The position numbers and the translations under genes are program-made. Of a DNA stretch of 64,000 nucleotides, positions 10,930 through 23,694 are shown piece by piece. Under the pieces are notes generated by a model. The model did not search any database and was not told the origin of the DNA. It saw nothing but the letters and a program-made list of their open reading frames with translations. How positions within the stretch are numbered: position 1 is the first letter of the stretch; every line of letters starts with the position of its first letter. The DNA is taken from the NCBI RefSeq assembly GCF_036365525.1, contig NC_090374.1, positions 149,819,804 to 149,883,803 on the forward strand, in the 5' to 3' direction. Source of the stretch: Heterodontus francisci (lineage: Eukaryota).

Positions 10930-11510
10930 GCGAGCTAGAACACAAAAGCAAGGAAGTTATACTAAACTGTTATAAAATACTAGTAAGGCCCCAGCTGGAG
11001 TATTGCGGCAAATTCTGCGTATTAAGAAAGATGTCAAGCCCTTACAGAAAGTGCAGATGTGACAGGTATGAAGAATTTTAGTTTTGTGAAGAGACGAGAG
11101 AAACTGGGGTTGTTCTCTTTAGAGCAGAAAAAGTTAAGGGAATATTTGATGGAGGTGTTCAAAAATCGTGTAGGGTTTTGATAGAGTAAATAAAGAAAAA
11201 CTGTTTCCAATGGCAGAAGGGTCAGTAACCTAAGGACATAGATTTAAGGTAACTGGCAAAAGAACCAGAGGCGACATAACAAACTTTTTTTTTAAGGAGC
11301 AAGTTGTTATGATCTGGAATGCACTGCCTGTAGAGGAGTTGGAAGCATATTCAATAATAACTTTCAAAAGGGAATTGGATAAATACCTGAAGGGAAGAAA
11401 ACTTACAAGGCTATGCGGAAAGAGCAGAGGAGTGGGACTAATCGGATAGCTCTACCAAAAAGCTGGCACAGGCACGATGGGTCAAATAGTCTACTTCATT
11501 CTATGATTTT
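10930..11510 (+). mobile_element. CR1 LINE 3' fragment
   Basis: KSKEVILNCYKILVRPQLEYC, IWNALP and ATTCTATGATT tail. Confidence 0.8.
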
Positions 11511-13209
11511 ATGATGGGAGAGAGTAAATGTTTGGCCAAGGATAAGGACATCAAAGGTGGAGTGAGTGAACGTTTGATCAGATCGTTGGCTGCAGAAGTA
11601 TTGTGATTGAAGGACAAAAGACAAAGGCAGCTTGAAAGTAATTGATTTGGGGAGAGCTTTACTAGGTTCAACATATAATAAAGTGGGGTTGGAATGGGTC
11701 AGGGGAATAAGGGGGTACAAAAAAGTGATCAATGACGGTCTCACCTGTGATCAAGACTATGGGAGTAGAGAGACAATGTGAGGTGGATAGGTCGAGGGGA
11801 TGCCTGTGTATATGGGCTGGAGAGTGGGAGAAGGCTCCTGTGGAGTATAAACACTGGCATATACCAGTTTGGGCAAATGGCCTGTTTCTGCGCTATATTC
11901 TACATAGTTCTTTTGACCTTTTTCATAAAAGATCGTAGGGCCAGTCAGTATTGTACCCACATTTTTTCTATACAAATTAAAAGAGCAAGCATGCATGAGA
12001 GCTATAGCAGAGCTAATAAGGATCCAAAACTGTAACAGTAACTATTAATATTATCTGTATGTGGTCTTGATTTGTTTTTCTCTACATGGCTTGGAACAAG
12101 TCACAGAGGTAGACTTTTTTAACCGCCCTGTGACAAATATTATGTTTATTTTCTTCAGGTTGTCCTGGTTCTGGATTTGAATAGAGGTGGTCCAATTGGA
12201 AATGTTAAAGCATCTTCTGCTCTGCTAATTGTTTCCATTAAAATTTTTACACAATTAAAAACATTAAAAATTATTTCATAATTACACTTAATCAGTGCTG
12301 AGCTGAAAAGGCTAACAATTGTGCAGATGTTTATTGTGTTTCACTATTTCCCAGGAGATATCATCTTATGTCTTGGAGGATGGAAATGGTTAATGGTAGT
12401 GACTCTTTAATTCACAGCTTACGGGAAATAAACTTTCGAAAACAAAAGTCACTTTTGATTTCAGTGCTAGAAATACTATAGCAGCTCTCAGAGGATTAAT
12501 GGTTGCTGAGTTTTTTGGTCCCATGTCCTGAATATGCGTGCGATATTTGGATGAGGAATTAAGCTTTGGAAGTCTTGTTGCGCTCTTAACAATAGAATAG
12601 GGGTGGCCCGATAGCTCAAGCAGTTAAATGCTTGACTCACAACTAAAAGGTTGTCAGCCCAATTCTCGGGGCAGGCTGTCATTCACACTGATCTGCCTCA
12701 GTATCATCAGATTGTTGGCTTGAGCCCTGGGCAGCAGTGAAATGTTCTATTTAAGGAAAAGGAAAAAGGGTCGTTGTTCAGTTCGTCACAATTCAATTGC
12801 ATCTCCAGCAAGCTGGTCATAAGCATTACTGATGAGGATTATGATTAAGTCTCTGCCCTGGAAGTCTCTAAACATCTCTACACACCAAATTTAAGCAGCA
12901 AGAAGAGAACATATAGACAAAAAAGGGACGCGGAGATAAAAGAGCAGTGATATTAAATCTGTTAAATGTTCAAAGTGCATTTCAAATATTCGGTGCAATG
13001 TAGCATCAACATTCTATTTACAGTAAAATTATTGATTAAACAAAGTGACATTTCAATGTACTGCACTTATACACAATTGTGACAATCCCATGGGTATGTA
13101 GGAGAACAGCAGGACAGTACGATGCAACCACAAGAGCAGGCACACTGATTGGAGGATTTAATCTATGTTTTGTACCTCAATCAAGCTGCTTGCTGCTGTC
13201 TCAAACCTA

Positions 13210-13585
13210 CTTTTTTTTATTTGTTTGTGGGATGTGGCTAGGCCAGCATTTATTGCTCATCCCTAATTGCCCTTGAACTGAGTGGCTTGCTGGGCCATTT
13301 CAGAGGGCATTTAAAAGTCAACCACATTGCTGTGGGTCTGGAGTCACATGGAGGCCAGACCAGGTAAGGACAGCAGATTTTCTTCCCTAAAGGACATTAG
13401 TGAACCAAATGGGTTTTTACAACAATCAACAATGGTCATCATTAGATGAGCTTTCAATTCCAGATATTTCTTAAATTCAAATTTCACCATCTGCCGTGGT
13501 GGGATCTGAACCCATGACCCCAGGGCATTAGCTTAGACTTTGGAGTACTAGTCCAGTGACTACACCACTACGCCATCACCTCCCG
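13210..13585 (-). mobile_element. tRNA-headed SINE with LINE-derived tail
   Basis: Minus strand begins GGGAGGTGATGGCGTAGTGG (A box) ... GGTTCAGATCC (B box); tail CAAGGGCAATTAGGGATGAGCAATAAATGCTGGC is shared with LINE 3' ends at ~34815 and ~56370. Confidence 0.7.
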
Positions 13586-15598
13586 ACTGTTTACTATTAT
13601 TTAATTGTCTAGATATATTCTCAAGAATATTGACTGTGGCACAAACAAACTCAAAGGGGGGAATTTTAACCCGCAAAAACAGGTGCGTTTGGGTTGGGTG
13701 GGATGTTAAATGTAGGAACAACAGGGATCAGATGACAACAAAAGTAGATGGTGGAATCTTCTGCACTTGTAAAATATTCAGCCAACTAGCAGGCCGTGTT
13801 TGGTGTCCTTAAGAATACATGAGGGTCAATGGGAGGACCTGCAGGAATGTCCAGCCAGCAGTCCCACCAGGAGAGGTGAGTGCTGCTAAAGAAGAGGGAG
13901 ATCCAAGGGGGCACCTCAAAATGGAGGCACTAACGAAAGGCTCCAAAGTCAGTTTAAAAAACAAGGCCCAGAACTGTGAGGGGCCTCAGAGAGGAGGAGG
14001 AACCCCTCCACAGGTATGCCTGCGGCCACAATTAGACCTCTTTTGAGCCTTGTGGCTCCCTGACACTGGCATTTCATTCAACCTTAGATGGCCCTCCAAC
14101 CTCACACTGAGAGACCACCCCCCAAGTGTTGCTGGGCTACCGACACATAGGGGGGCCCGTGCGACGCCAGGAAAATTCCATTCAGATCAGAAAATGGTCC
14201 TTGATTGAGCCTTAATTAAGCTGATTTTCTGTCAGCCCTTTCTCCATTCCCATGTGGGCTTCATGTATCTTCTGATGAAGTTCTTCCTGCATTGTTTTGG
14301 GTAAGATTATTCTGGATCCGGCTAGCAGAATATCATCTTCTAATGAAATATCATCTCTAAGAGACCAGTACTGCCGTATTGCTGGCTGTATTTGCTGTAT
14401 TTTATCAGGCCATCCCTGGATTACTTGCTGAGAGAGTATCTGCAACTCCTTGTCTTTACTGGTCTCATCGCTAATTTGACTCAGTTTTGGTGGTGTTATG
14501 TTCACCAGGTGATGAATCTTTATACCCAGATCTTCTATCTCGTGTTTCCCCTGTGGCGACAACTGAGATAGGGTGTCTGCCAGCACCATTTCTCTTTCTG
14601 GCTTGTATTTCAGAGTGAAATCATAACTCTGAAGCCTCAAGTCTTGCTGGTGTTTTACATAGATTTTTCTTGTAGATCTGCTCCAGTGAACGATGATCAG
14701 CCTCCACTATGATCTTTCTCCCACTGAGTTATGTATGGAATTTCTCACATCCATACACGACTGCCAAAAGCTCTCTTTCTAAGTTGGCATATCTGGTCTC
14801 ACCTGAGGTTAGGGCTTTGGATACGAATGTTATTGGCATTTCCTCTTGTACCAGAGCTGCTCTCAGTCCTTTTGTAGAAGCATCTACTTGCAGGATGACA
14901 GGTTTCTTTCTGTCACAGTATGACCAACTTGTCTCCTTACATACTACCTTTTTGAGTTTGATGAAACTCCTTTTGTATGACTCTGACCCCTGGTACTCGA
15001 CATGTTCTTTCATCAGCTCCTGCATGTTTGCTGTCTGTTCCGACATATGCGGTATGAAGTAGCACATGTATTGGATCAAGCCAAGGCAACTTCTCAACTC
15101 TCTCTTATCTCTTGGGGCTTCCACCCCCGAGATAACTGAGATTCTTTCAGGACTTTGCTTTACTCCGTAAGGTGTGTACACCATTCCAAAGAACTGGCAT
15201 TCTGCTACTTTCACAATGCATTTGTCTGCATTTAGCTTGATCCCAGCTTTCCTTGTTCTCTCCACGGCTTCATTTAGATGGTAGATATGATCTTTTCCGT
15301 CTACACCATATATCTGGCTATCATCAGCTATGCTGACTGCTCCTTTACATCTCCTGTATGTCTCGTCTACTTTCTGTTGGAACACATCCTGGCTCACTTG
15401 AAGGCTAAAAGGTAGACACAAGAATTTGTACCACCCGAAGGGTGTGTTGAATGTTGTCAACAGCAAAGATTCCTCATCAAGCTTCACATTCCAGTAGCTA
15501 TTTCTAGCATCAAACTTGCTTAAAGCTTTTGCCCCTGCTAGTGCTGGTGCCATCTCTTCCAGTGTTGGAATAGGGTAATGATTCCTCTTTATTGCTTG

Positions 15599-16609
15599 TG
15601 TTACAACCAAGACAGGAGGAGTGCACTGTTCATTCTAGTCTCACTTTTCCACAGGTCACAATATATATTTAAATTTTCCCATTTACTGACACGGTCAATC
15701 ATATACTCTATTTCTCCCAGAATAAAACACACTAACCAGGTTTCTTTAGTAAACAACAAAATTATGAGTTTATTATAAAACAAGTCTTAACCAGTAATGA
15801 AGTAAAGCATAAACACACAGATTGAAATATTAAAGTTCCCTTTGTACCTTAGCCCCTCACACTCACACATGCATACACCGGTTAACCAGGAAAAAAAAGG
15901 GATTTTTGTTTTTAGAGCTCTATTACAGATAAATAAACCCACTTGGGCTGAATACTTGCTCATTCTTGAAGAAACAGCAGATGAGATACGTTGTGTTCCA
16001 AAACTGGCACACAGGCTGGCATCCGAGTACACATAGAGGGGTGACTGGGATCTTTTAGGACAGTTCTTTTCAGGTGGTGTTGAGAATTAATTTAGCAGGC
16101 TTTTCTTCAAAGACAGGAGATGAGATGAGTTAAAGTAGATTTCTCGGGTCTTTTAGAGAGGTGCTGGAAAGCTGAGCTGGGTTGTGGCCTTCTCTCCTTC
16201 CTTGGGAATTCTTTTCTCTCCTTGGAAGTTCTCTCTCTCCTTGGAAGTGCTCTCCCTTTTTATACAGTTCAATGCCAACTCAAAACAATTCAAAAAAGAA
16301 ACAGGAGGTCAACCTTTTGACCTTTATCAATCTTAACCTGTCACTTCTTTGTAAACAATTTCTCCAGGCATCCAAAGTTCTCTGCTGTTTATTGAGCTGG
16401 ATGTCGGGTGGTTTCCCGGAAAGGCTTGTTTTCCTCACAAGACCTCTCAGTGCCCCTTTAAAAAAGCATTTCCAGGGACTGTTTTTCAAAGTCAAGTGGC
16501 CTTTATGTGACCCCCCTTTGAAAGCCCCAAAGTTTAACATTTCTTCAATCTTTCAAAAATGAATCCTCAAAAAATATATTTAACAAACACAGACAACACT
16601 TTCGTAACA
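15599..16609 (-). mobile_element. Solo LTR nested in the Gypsy RT
   Basis: TGTTAC...GTAACA termini; perfect 4-bp TSD CTTG (15595-15598, 16610-16613); excision restores DLNQAIKR; orientation inferred from TTTATT. Confidence 0.85.
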
Positions 16610-17150
16610 CTTGATTAAGGTCTTTTGGATCCTGGCAAATTCTTAGAAGTCCGTTTGGCTTCTCTCTCACCACGATGGAATTTACCCAATCCGTAGGCTC
16701 TGTGACTCTGGCAATCACCTTCTTTTCTTCCATCTTTTGAAGCTCTCTTTCAAGCTTTCCTTTTAGTTCTATGGGTACTTATCATGGGGGATGAATCACT
16801 GGTTTTATTGCTGGGTCAATAGTGACGCGATACTCAAAATCTTCAAAGCATTCAAGCATCTCATCAAAACACTCTGAGTACATTTGTACCAGATCATCTT
16901 TGCTTCTGATTGGAGGGCACTCTCCAGCCCTCAGTGTTGCCTCCTTCACCTCATGGTTTACTGAGATAATCTGCAGCTCTTTGAAACAGCTGAACTCCAG
17001 GATAGCAGGACTATCTGTTTCAGTGATGTAGAACATACAGTTAACATCCTTTCCTTTGTATGCCCCTCTGAATTGGGTTGTTCCTAGCAGTCGAATCTCA
17101 ATTCTCCCGTATGCTGTTAGCACAACATTGTTTGGTTTCAGAACACCTTT

Positions 17151-18100
17151 TGTTACGACCGAGTGAAGAAGGGGTCTCTGGCTCCCCTCTCAGCCTTTTC
17201 CTGGTTTGGCCATAACAGTGTTTAACTTTTAAAACACAGTGTTTTTAGCTTCCCCTCAGCGAGTCCTTGCTCACTGCTTTCTAATTGTAATTGCAAAGAA
17301 ATCAACCAGACAAGTTTTCTCAGATTTAAACAAGAAAGGAGTAAGCTTATTAACCTTAAAACTCTAACTCAGTTAAAACTACTAAAAATATGTGATGCGA
17401 CCATGCTAGCATGCATATGTGATAAACACACACATATAGAGACAGAGGAGGAGAAAGAATTAAAGGGGAAAGGTTTGAAGTAATAGATGGAGTTCAGTTA
17501 CTGATTTTGGGTTGGATGTAAAGTCTTTGATTGCAGTTCTCATTGGGGCCCAGTGCACACTTTCAAACTTGTTTCGCTGGTCTTCTGTCTTGAGGCTTAA
17601 GTTACTTCCGTGGGTCCCTGGAACTTTGCGTGTGAGAGAGAGAGAGAGAGAGAGACAGAGACAGAGAGAGGGAGTGCTCTCCTTGAAGTTCAATTGCAGT
17701 CTCCCCTTTCTGTGTCAGGCACAATTCAAAAAACCCCAGGTTGGCCAGCAGTTTAGTCATGTGACTAGCTCCCTGTTTGAAACCTCCTGTCCTGTGAGGT
17801 TTGTGGATTCCTCCAAGCTTACCAGACACTCTCGGTGGGGGGTGGAATACTCGCCCTTACACAGTCAATGACTCTCAATGTCTTTTGATCATCACTATTG
17901 ACAAAACCCATTTGGCTAATTGGATCAGGGAGTACTCCCATGCAACTGTCTTTTAGAATGCAAATGTGCAGCCATGTTTTCAGCCACTGTTCTTTGGTCT
18001 TTTTAAACAAGTTTGTTCAATGTCCAGTAACAGTTCAAAAATAATGTTCCATATGATGAAATTAATATGTTTCATTTTGGCAGGTGAGGTTTTCGTCACA
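17151..18100 (-). mobile_element. Solo LTR nested in the Gypsy protease region
   Basis: TGTTACG...CGTCACA termini; TSD CTTT/ATTT; left end is the reverse complement of the end of 18893-19752. Confidence 0.8.
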
Positions 18101-18892
18101 ATTTCCTTGGATAACCATTTTCTTCCAAATTTTCAGGAAAGATCTTCTGGTATAGTGTGAGTGGGATAATGTTACACTGCACTCCAGTTTCAATCTTCAC
18201 CTTCAGATTTATCGTTGTGGGCTTATTTCTCACCCTCTTCCTGATATGAATGGTTGTGTGAATTTATTTTCTCTGGGAACTGTCGCTTCCAGACATTTCA
18301 TGCAGTTGTATGGTTTCTATTTCATCCAGGGTGTGGATGTTTTGGTTTCTTTTCCTACTCATTCACCCTGTTGCTCTGGCTCTGGTGACTCCTCTACCAC
18401 CTTTTTCCTTTGTTCTGCACATCTTTTCCCAGTAATTTGCCTTTCTGTAAGCTCTGCAGATAGATCCATATGCAGGACAATTCCTTCTATCTGTGAATTC
18501 ATGTGGTCGTCCACAGGTCCTGCATGTCTTTCTCTCTGTCTGGTGTACATTCTTTTGTTGCTGTTTCACTTTGTCAACCCTGCTGCCTTTCTCTTGGCTT
18601 AACTGAAGGCTAGCCATTTGGATAGTGAATGTCTTCATTTATCTGCTCAAGGCTTCATGTGCTCTGGCAATGCCTGCAGCCTCCAATATCGTGAGCTTGA
18701 ACCTTCCAATTAGAGCTTTTTTGTACTTCAGGGTGTGCAGAACCCCAAATTAGCTGATCTATCAGCTTTTCATCTGTGTCTTTAAATTTACATTTTCTGG
18801 CTGCTGGTCACAAAATTGTCAATGGGCTCACCTGTTAATGACTGAGGCCTTGAGATTCATATCGGTTGATCCAATGATTTGATTTTGACTGG

Positions 18893-19752
18893 TGTCATGC
18901 AGGCCCCCACCAGCCAAGAATGAGGCCCATTAATTTCGCAACATGGACATTAAAATTCAAATTGTTGCTGGGAAGAAGAGAAGGCCTGATACAAGGAATT
19001 GCCAGGCCTGGCCGGAAGGACATTTTTTGCATAGTAGCAGACACTGCTTGTAACAAAGGACCAGTCCCTGCTCCCAATACACAGAACAGACGTGGTCAGA
19101 CCAGTTTAGTCAAATGACTAACTGACTGTTGCAGAGTTTGAACTGAGAGTATTAAATTAGAGAAACAGTGTTTTGAAGACAGAAAGCTCTTGGCTCCTGG
19201 ACTGAAGCAGACCTCCTCTCCTCCAGTCTGCTCCAATCTCTTTCTCACCAGCTTCAGAATCCATTGAAGACACATGAACCCCAAGAGAGAAAAGTCTCCT
19301 ACAGTGAACAAGGTTTAAGAAGAATACTGGGCCCCAACGAAAAGCAAGAATTACCTACAAGCAAGGACTCTACAGTGAGCTCGAAGAACCGTAACAACAA
19401 CTCTTCAGATATTGTCTCAAACCTTTCCACTTTATTTTTTCTTCTACTCTTTTCTGTCCCTATTTGCATGTGTGTATCACATATGCATGCTAGCGTGGGA
19501 CGTGGCGTGTATCCATATGCGTTAATCGAAATAGAGTTTTAAGTTGAAGTTTTAATAAATTTCACATTTCCTCTTTAAACCTAAGAAAGCCTGTACGTGC
19601 TCGTTTCTTTGCTTTAAAATTGGAAAGCGGTGAACAAGGATTCACCAAGGGGGAGCTCAAAACACGGTGTGTTTAAAATTAAACCCTGTTACAGTAAGAC
19701 CAGGTGAAGGCTGAGAGGGAACCCTAGACTTCATTCTCACCTGGTCGTAACA
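18893..19752 (+). mobile_element. Solo LTR nested in Gypsy gag
   Basis: TGTCATG...CGTAACA termini; perfect TSD CTGG (18889-18892, 19753-19756); AATAAA near 19554. Confidence 0.85.
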
Positions 19753-21289
19753 CTGGAGATGCGTGCTGAATTTTCCAAAAATTTTGTCTGGTTTTCTGCT
19801 GTCTTCTTCACTCAGCTCCCAGCCATGAAACAAATTTAATCCTTTATCTCTAGCCCCCAGAAGGATATAGTTGACCCGCTCCTCTTCACTAGAGTCTTTA
19901 AGAAAAGTACTGAATGCCAATCTGCACTTTTGTTTAAACTTCTGAAATGCCTCTATGACATCATCAGCTTCCCAGTTCATTATGGGCTGGAGTTGTGCAT
20001 TCATTGCTGTGCCGGCAGTCATTTTTGTTTTCATGCACTTTACTCAGTTTCTCTCGCTCTCTCTCTGGCACTAATTTAGGGCATTAAATTTGTTTAAAAT
20101 GTTTAGGATTACTTCCAGACACCTGCTGCCAACATATTACGTCTTCTGGTGGTCATCTGGTCCCCATAAGTTAGAAATAATCACACTTTAAACTTAAAAA
20201 TACTGGAACTCTTTGTTTATTTCATTCAACTTCCATGCTGCCTGGTAAGGACCTGCCCTAGAGCGTTGTAGTGTTACACATCAATAGGACTGCAGTGCAG
20301 CAGTGAATGTGGCTCCCTTGGAACACACTTACACCTAACAATTAGTTCCTAGCTAATAGGTTCCTATTATAGGAATGATATAACGATATATAACAAAGCC
20401 TATTGTCAGAGGCCAACTGGAATTTTCCAGTAGGCCTCCAGGTCCCTTGAGGTGTCAGGGAACTGTATAGCTGCCTGGAGTTGGCTTTCAGACAGCAGAC
20501 CAGGGGGCCAGCATTCCAGGCAGGCTTAGATGACTTCAGCTGCAGCCACGGGCTGTTCTGAGGTGGTGACCCGGCTGCTGAGGTCAGCTTTTAATTTAAA
20601 GTTAAAAAGGTTGGGGAGAGGGCACCACCACCTTGCAGTGCCCTCTCTCACACTTACCTGAAAAAGCAGCCCACTGCTTCTTCAGTGCTTGGAGGGCCTC
20701 ATATTGGCCCTCCAGCTTCAAGAGCCTGCCCGCCGTCCTTAATTAGATGGCGAGCCTACCCTCTGCCCATTAGTTGACCAATTTGAAGAGAATCACAGCC
20801 AGGTGACTGTTCCCCACATAGTGCATGCTTCTGACCCCCCCATTTGACCATGACGGCAGGGTTTCAAAGTCCATGGGGGAAATCCTGCTCCTAATTGCAT
20901 TTTTTATCACAATCTCATGTCTTATTGAATAGCTTTTAATTCAGTTAACTTTAATTAATTAACTTTAAATTTCAAATCAGCTACAAAATTGACTAAAGGT
21001 AGTTGCAGGTCTGCAGAAAATAAGGAACTTGTAAAAATGTTTTGTACTGCAATGAGAGACTACTTTCAAACAACTTTATAAATCGATTAAAACTTTACTG
21101 CAGTGAAAAGAACTTAGAAAAATACCGTCACATTCAACCCAACTGGATATGTGACTCAGTTGAAAGTAAATTGCAAAGTTTTTTGAACTTGGAGGCTGAG
21201 ATAACTAGTTAGTTTATTCTCCACTGACAGCTTAAGAGAGTTACTCCATCAGTTTATCCAAAAAACATAAATTTGACTTGTATTCCCTA

Positions 21290-21630
21290 GAAATAAAGCA
21301 CATCCAAAGTGCTTCACAGCCAATGAAGCACTTTTGAAATGTAGTCACGATTGTAATGTAGGGAACACAGCAGCCAATTTGCACGCAGTAAGATCCCAAA
21401 AGCAGCAATGAGGTAATGACCAGATAACTTTGTTTCAGTGTGTTGGCTGAGTGAATAAATATTGGTCAGGACAACAGGAAGAACTCCCCTGCTCTTCTTT
21501 GAATAGTACCATGGGATATTTTATGCTCACCTCAGAGGGAAGACAGATCCTTGGTTTGAGGTTACATCTAAAAGACAGCACCTCTGACAGTGTAGCACTC
21601 CTTAGTACTGCACTGAGCCAAGGCTGACAC
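21290..21630 (-). mobile_element. DeuSINE/SacSINE1-like SINE remnant
   Basis: AAGTGCTTCACAGCCAATGAAG..., ATAAATATTGGTCAGGAC..., AAAGACAGCACCTCTGACAGTGTAGCACTCC; related pieces at ~34590, ~37050 and ~45560; family name from recall. Confidence 0.6.
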
Positions 21631-22237
21631 CTCATTACAATGAGCTCATAATGGTAAAGAAAATCAGTCAGGGTGTAAAACTGGCGGCCGATTCACTATG
21701 ACTCCGTTTTCTGCTGCCAAGCAAGACTAATTTCACCCCTGTTCTGATGAAAGGACATAGACATAAAATGTTGGGCTGAATCTTGTGTTCGTCCAGATGG
21801 CGGGTTTTGTGGCGGGGAGGATGCCAGAGAATTGGAGCGGAACTACCCGCCATGGAACCCAACGCCAGGATTCCCGGTTCCAATCTTCCCGGGGGCGGGA
21901 TAGGCCGGCGATGAACTTCCTGCCCAGAGGCCAACTGAGGCCCTTAAGTGGCCTATTAATGACCAATTAAGGGCCTGTTCCCACCACCGCTGGGATCTTA
22001 CCAGCAGCTGATGGGGGGGGGGGATCCTCTGCCGCTCAGGCTTGTAAAACAAGGTGCCCTCCCTGTGGGCATGTGGGGCGTCCCTCCTTCGTTGGCAATT
22101 TTTGGCCCATGGAGGAGCTCTCGAACAACTGTACCCCCAGGATCTCCCTCCTTCTGGACTGAATGACCACCCCCCACCTCATGCTGCCTCGCCAGAGCAT
22201 TCCGGACAGACTCCGGTGACTCCGCCTCACCTCCCTG

Positions 22238-22294
22238 TTTTTTTTTTTTCTTTTTTTTTTCTTTTTTTTTTCTTTTTTTTTTTTCTTTTTTTTT
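22238..22294 (+). repeat. T-rich low-complexity tract, (T)nC pattern
   Basis: Runs of about 10 T separated by single C. Confidence 0.9.
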
Positions 22295-22810
22295 TGTGGC
22301 AGCTTAAATACTCAGAAATCTTTTTTAAACCAGTGTGTCACTGGTGATGTGATGATTCTGTCTCATGATATATAAATAGAGAAAACAACTCTGTATCTAA
22401 CCTTGTTTTTTTTATTTTTGCAGTTTAGAAGGTTGTGAGGTAATTTTATTGAAATATATAAGATTCTGGGGGGTGGGGGGATTAACAGGGTAGATACCAG
22501 GAGGATGTTTCCCCTCATGCCTCACCTCCCTGTGTTCCAGGGTTCCAGCGCTGGGCCTGGGTCCGAGGCCTCTGCAGTACTGGCAGTGGCCACCGCTCCC
22601 AGTGCCGCTGCTGATACTGCTGTGCTGCCGGCACTCTGATTGGCCGGCAGCTTTTGGAGGTGAGATGCCAGTCCCTTTGAGGGGGATCCCGCCTCCTAAA
22701 GGTTTGACCCCAAAAGACCGGATCACTCTGGGGCTGATAAAATGCAGAGGTGGGGATTCCATCCCCCCCTCCCTCCTGCCCAAATGCAGCCTGTTTCTCT
22801 TGCCATACAT

Positions 22811-23158
22811 GGCAGCACAGTGGCGCAGTAGTTAGCACCGCAGTAGTTAGCACCGCAGCCTCGCAGCTCCAGCGACCTGGGTTCAATTCTGGGTACTGCC
22901 TGTGCAGAGTTTGCAAGTTCTCCCTGTGACTGTGTGGGTTTTTGCCGGGTGCTCCGGTTTCTTCCCACAGCCAAAGACTTGCAGGTTGCTAGGTAAATTG
23001 GCCATTATAAATTGCCCGTAGTACAGGTAGGGGGAAGGTGGGGATGGGGTAGGAATATGGGATTAATGTAGGATTAGTATAATGGGTGGTTGATGGTCGG
23101 CACAGACTTGGTGGGCCGAAGGGCCTGTTTCAATGCTGTATCTCTAAAATAAAAAAAA
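22811..23158 (+). mobile_element. Full-length HE1/V-SINE-like SINE about 450 bp upstream of the GRHPR ATG
   Basis: GGCAGCACAGTGGCGCAG head with a 15-bp internal duplication GCAGTAGTTAGCACC, B box GGTTCAATTC, A-rich tail. Confidence 0.85.
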
Positions 23159-23608
23159 TATGCTGCCAGATCTGCTGTGTATTTCCATCACTTTCTGTTT
23201 TTATTTCTAATGTCACCTCTGATCTGTTTCACTTCACACTGTGTATAAACTAATGAATGAAAATCAAACACTTTCCACAGAGCACATAAAACTATATGTG
23301 GAAATTTGAGGTGGGGGCTCCAGGTGGTTCTATTTGACCCTGAAACACCAGCGCCCCCTGGTAAGACTTGTAATACAAAGCTGGCCCTTCTCCAGACAGT
23401 ATTCAGGATGGCCCGAGCTAAGCATTGGTCAAATTGGGAGCCTCCCCTTGTTTGAATGAACTCTAAAGCTCTGGAAAGGGTAGGAGTGAGCATCTCAAAG
23501 TCCCTGTTTGCATTGGCGATTTGAGCTATTAGCATGTGGCTGAAGGGCTTTAGCCGTGGCATACTGACACAACTGAGCCGAGCTGTGAGTAGTGAAGCGA
23601 GGCAAACC

Positions 23609-23694
23609 ATGCAGGGGAATCAGCAGCTGGCCCGGGTCTATGTGAGCCGGCGGATCCCGCAGGAAGCGCTGCGGCTGCTCCGGGACTCAGGCAT
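23609..23694 (+). CDS. GRHPR: Glyoxylate reductase/hydroxypyruvate reductase, coding exon 1
   Basis: Kozak-like AAACCATGC; MQGNQQLARVYVSRRIPQEALRLLRDSG resembles human MRPVRLMKVFVTRRIP; donor GTGAGT; phase 2 joins exon 2. Confidence 0.88.

Larger units (their letters stand above)
14233..20395 (-). mobile_element. Ty3/Gypsy retrotransposon (5' LTR, gag, PR, RT, RNaseH, start of IN; 3' end missing), interrupted by three solo LTRs
   Basis: LTR 20135-20395 followed by a Leu-like PBS TGTTGGCAGCAGGT; gag MNWEADDVIEAFQKFKQ; RT PTDWVNSIVV..KPNG.LRIC.DPKDLNQAIKR, FNTPFG, IADD; RNaseH LQVDASTKGL, YANLERELLAV; IN N-terminus IHEAHMG. Confidence 0.9.

Noticed and set aside
12140-12210. Possible exon after a strong TTTTCTTCAG acceptor (VVLVLDLNRGGPIG)
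   Set aside because: No recognisable homology, convincing donor or partner exons; cannot be supported without RNA data
23188-23610. 140-aa antisense ORF over the GRHPR promoter as a divergent gene
   Set aside because: No recognisable homology; its ATG is the complement of the GRHPR start context and its end runs into a Penelope-like fragment
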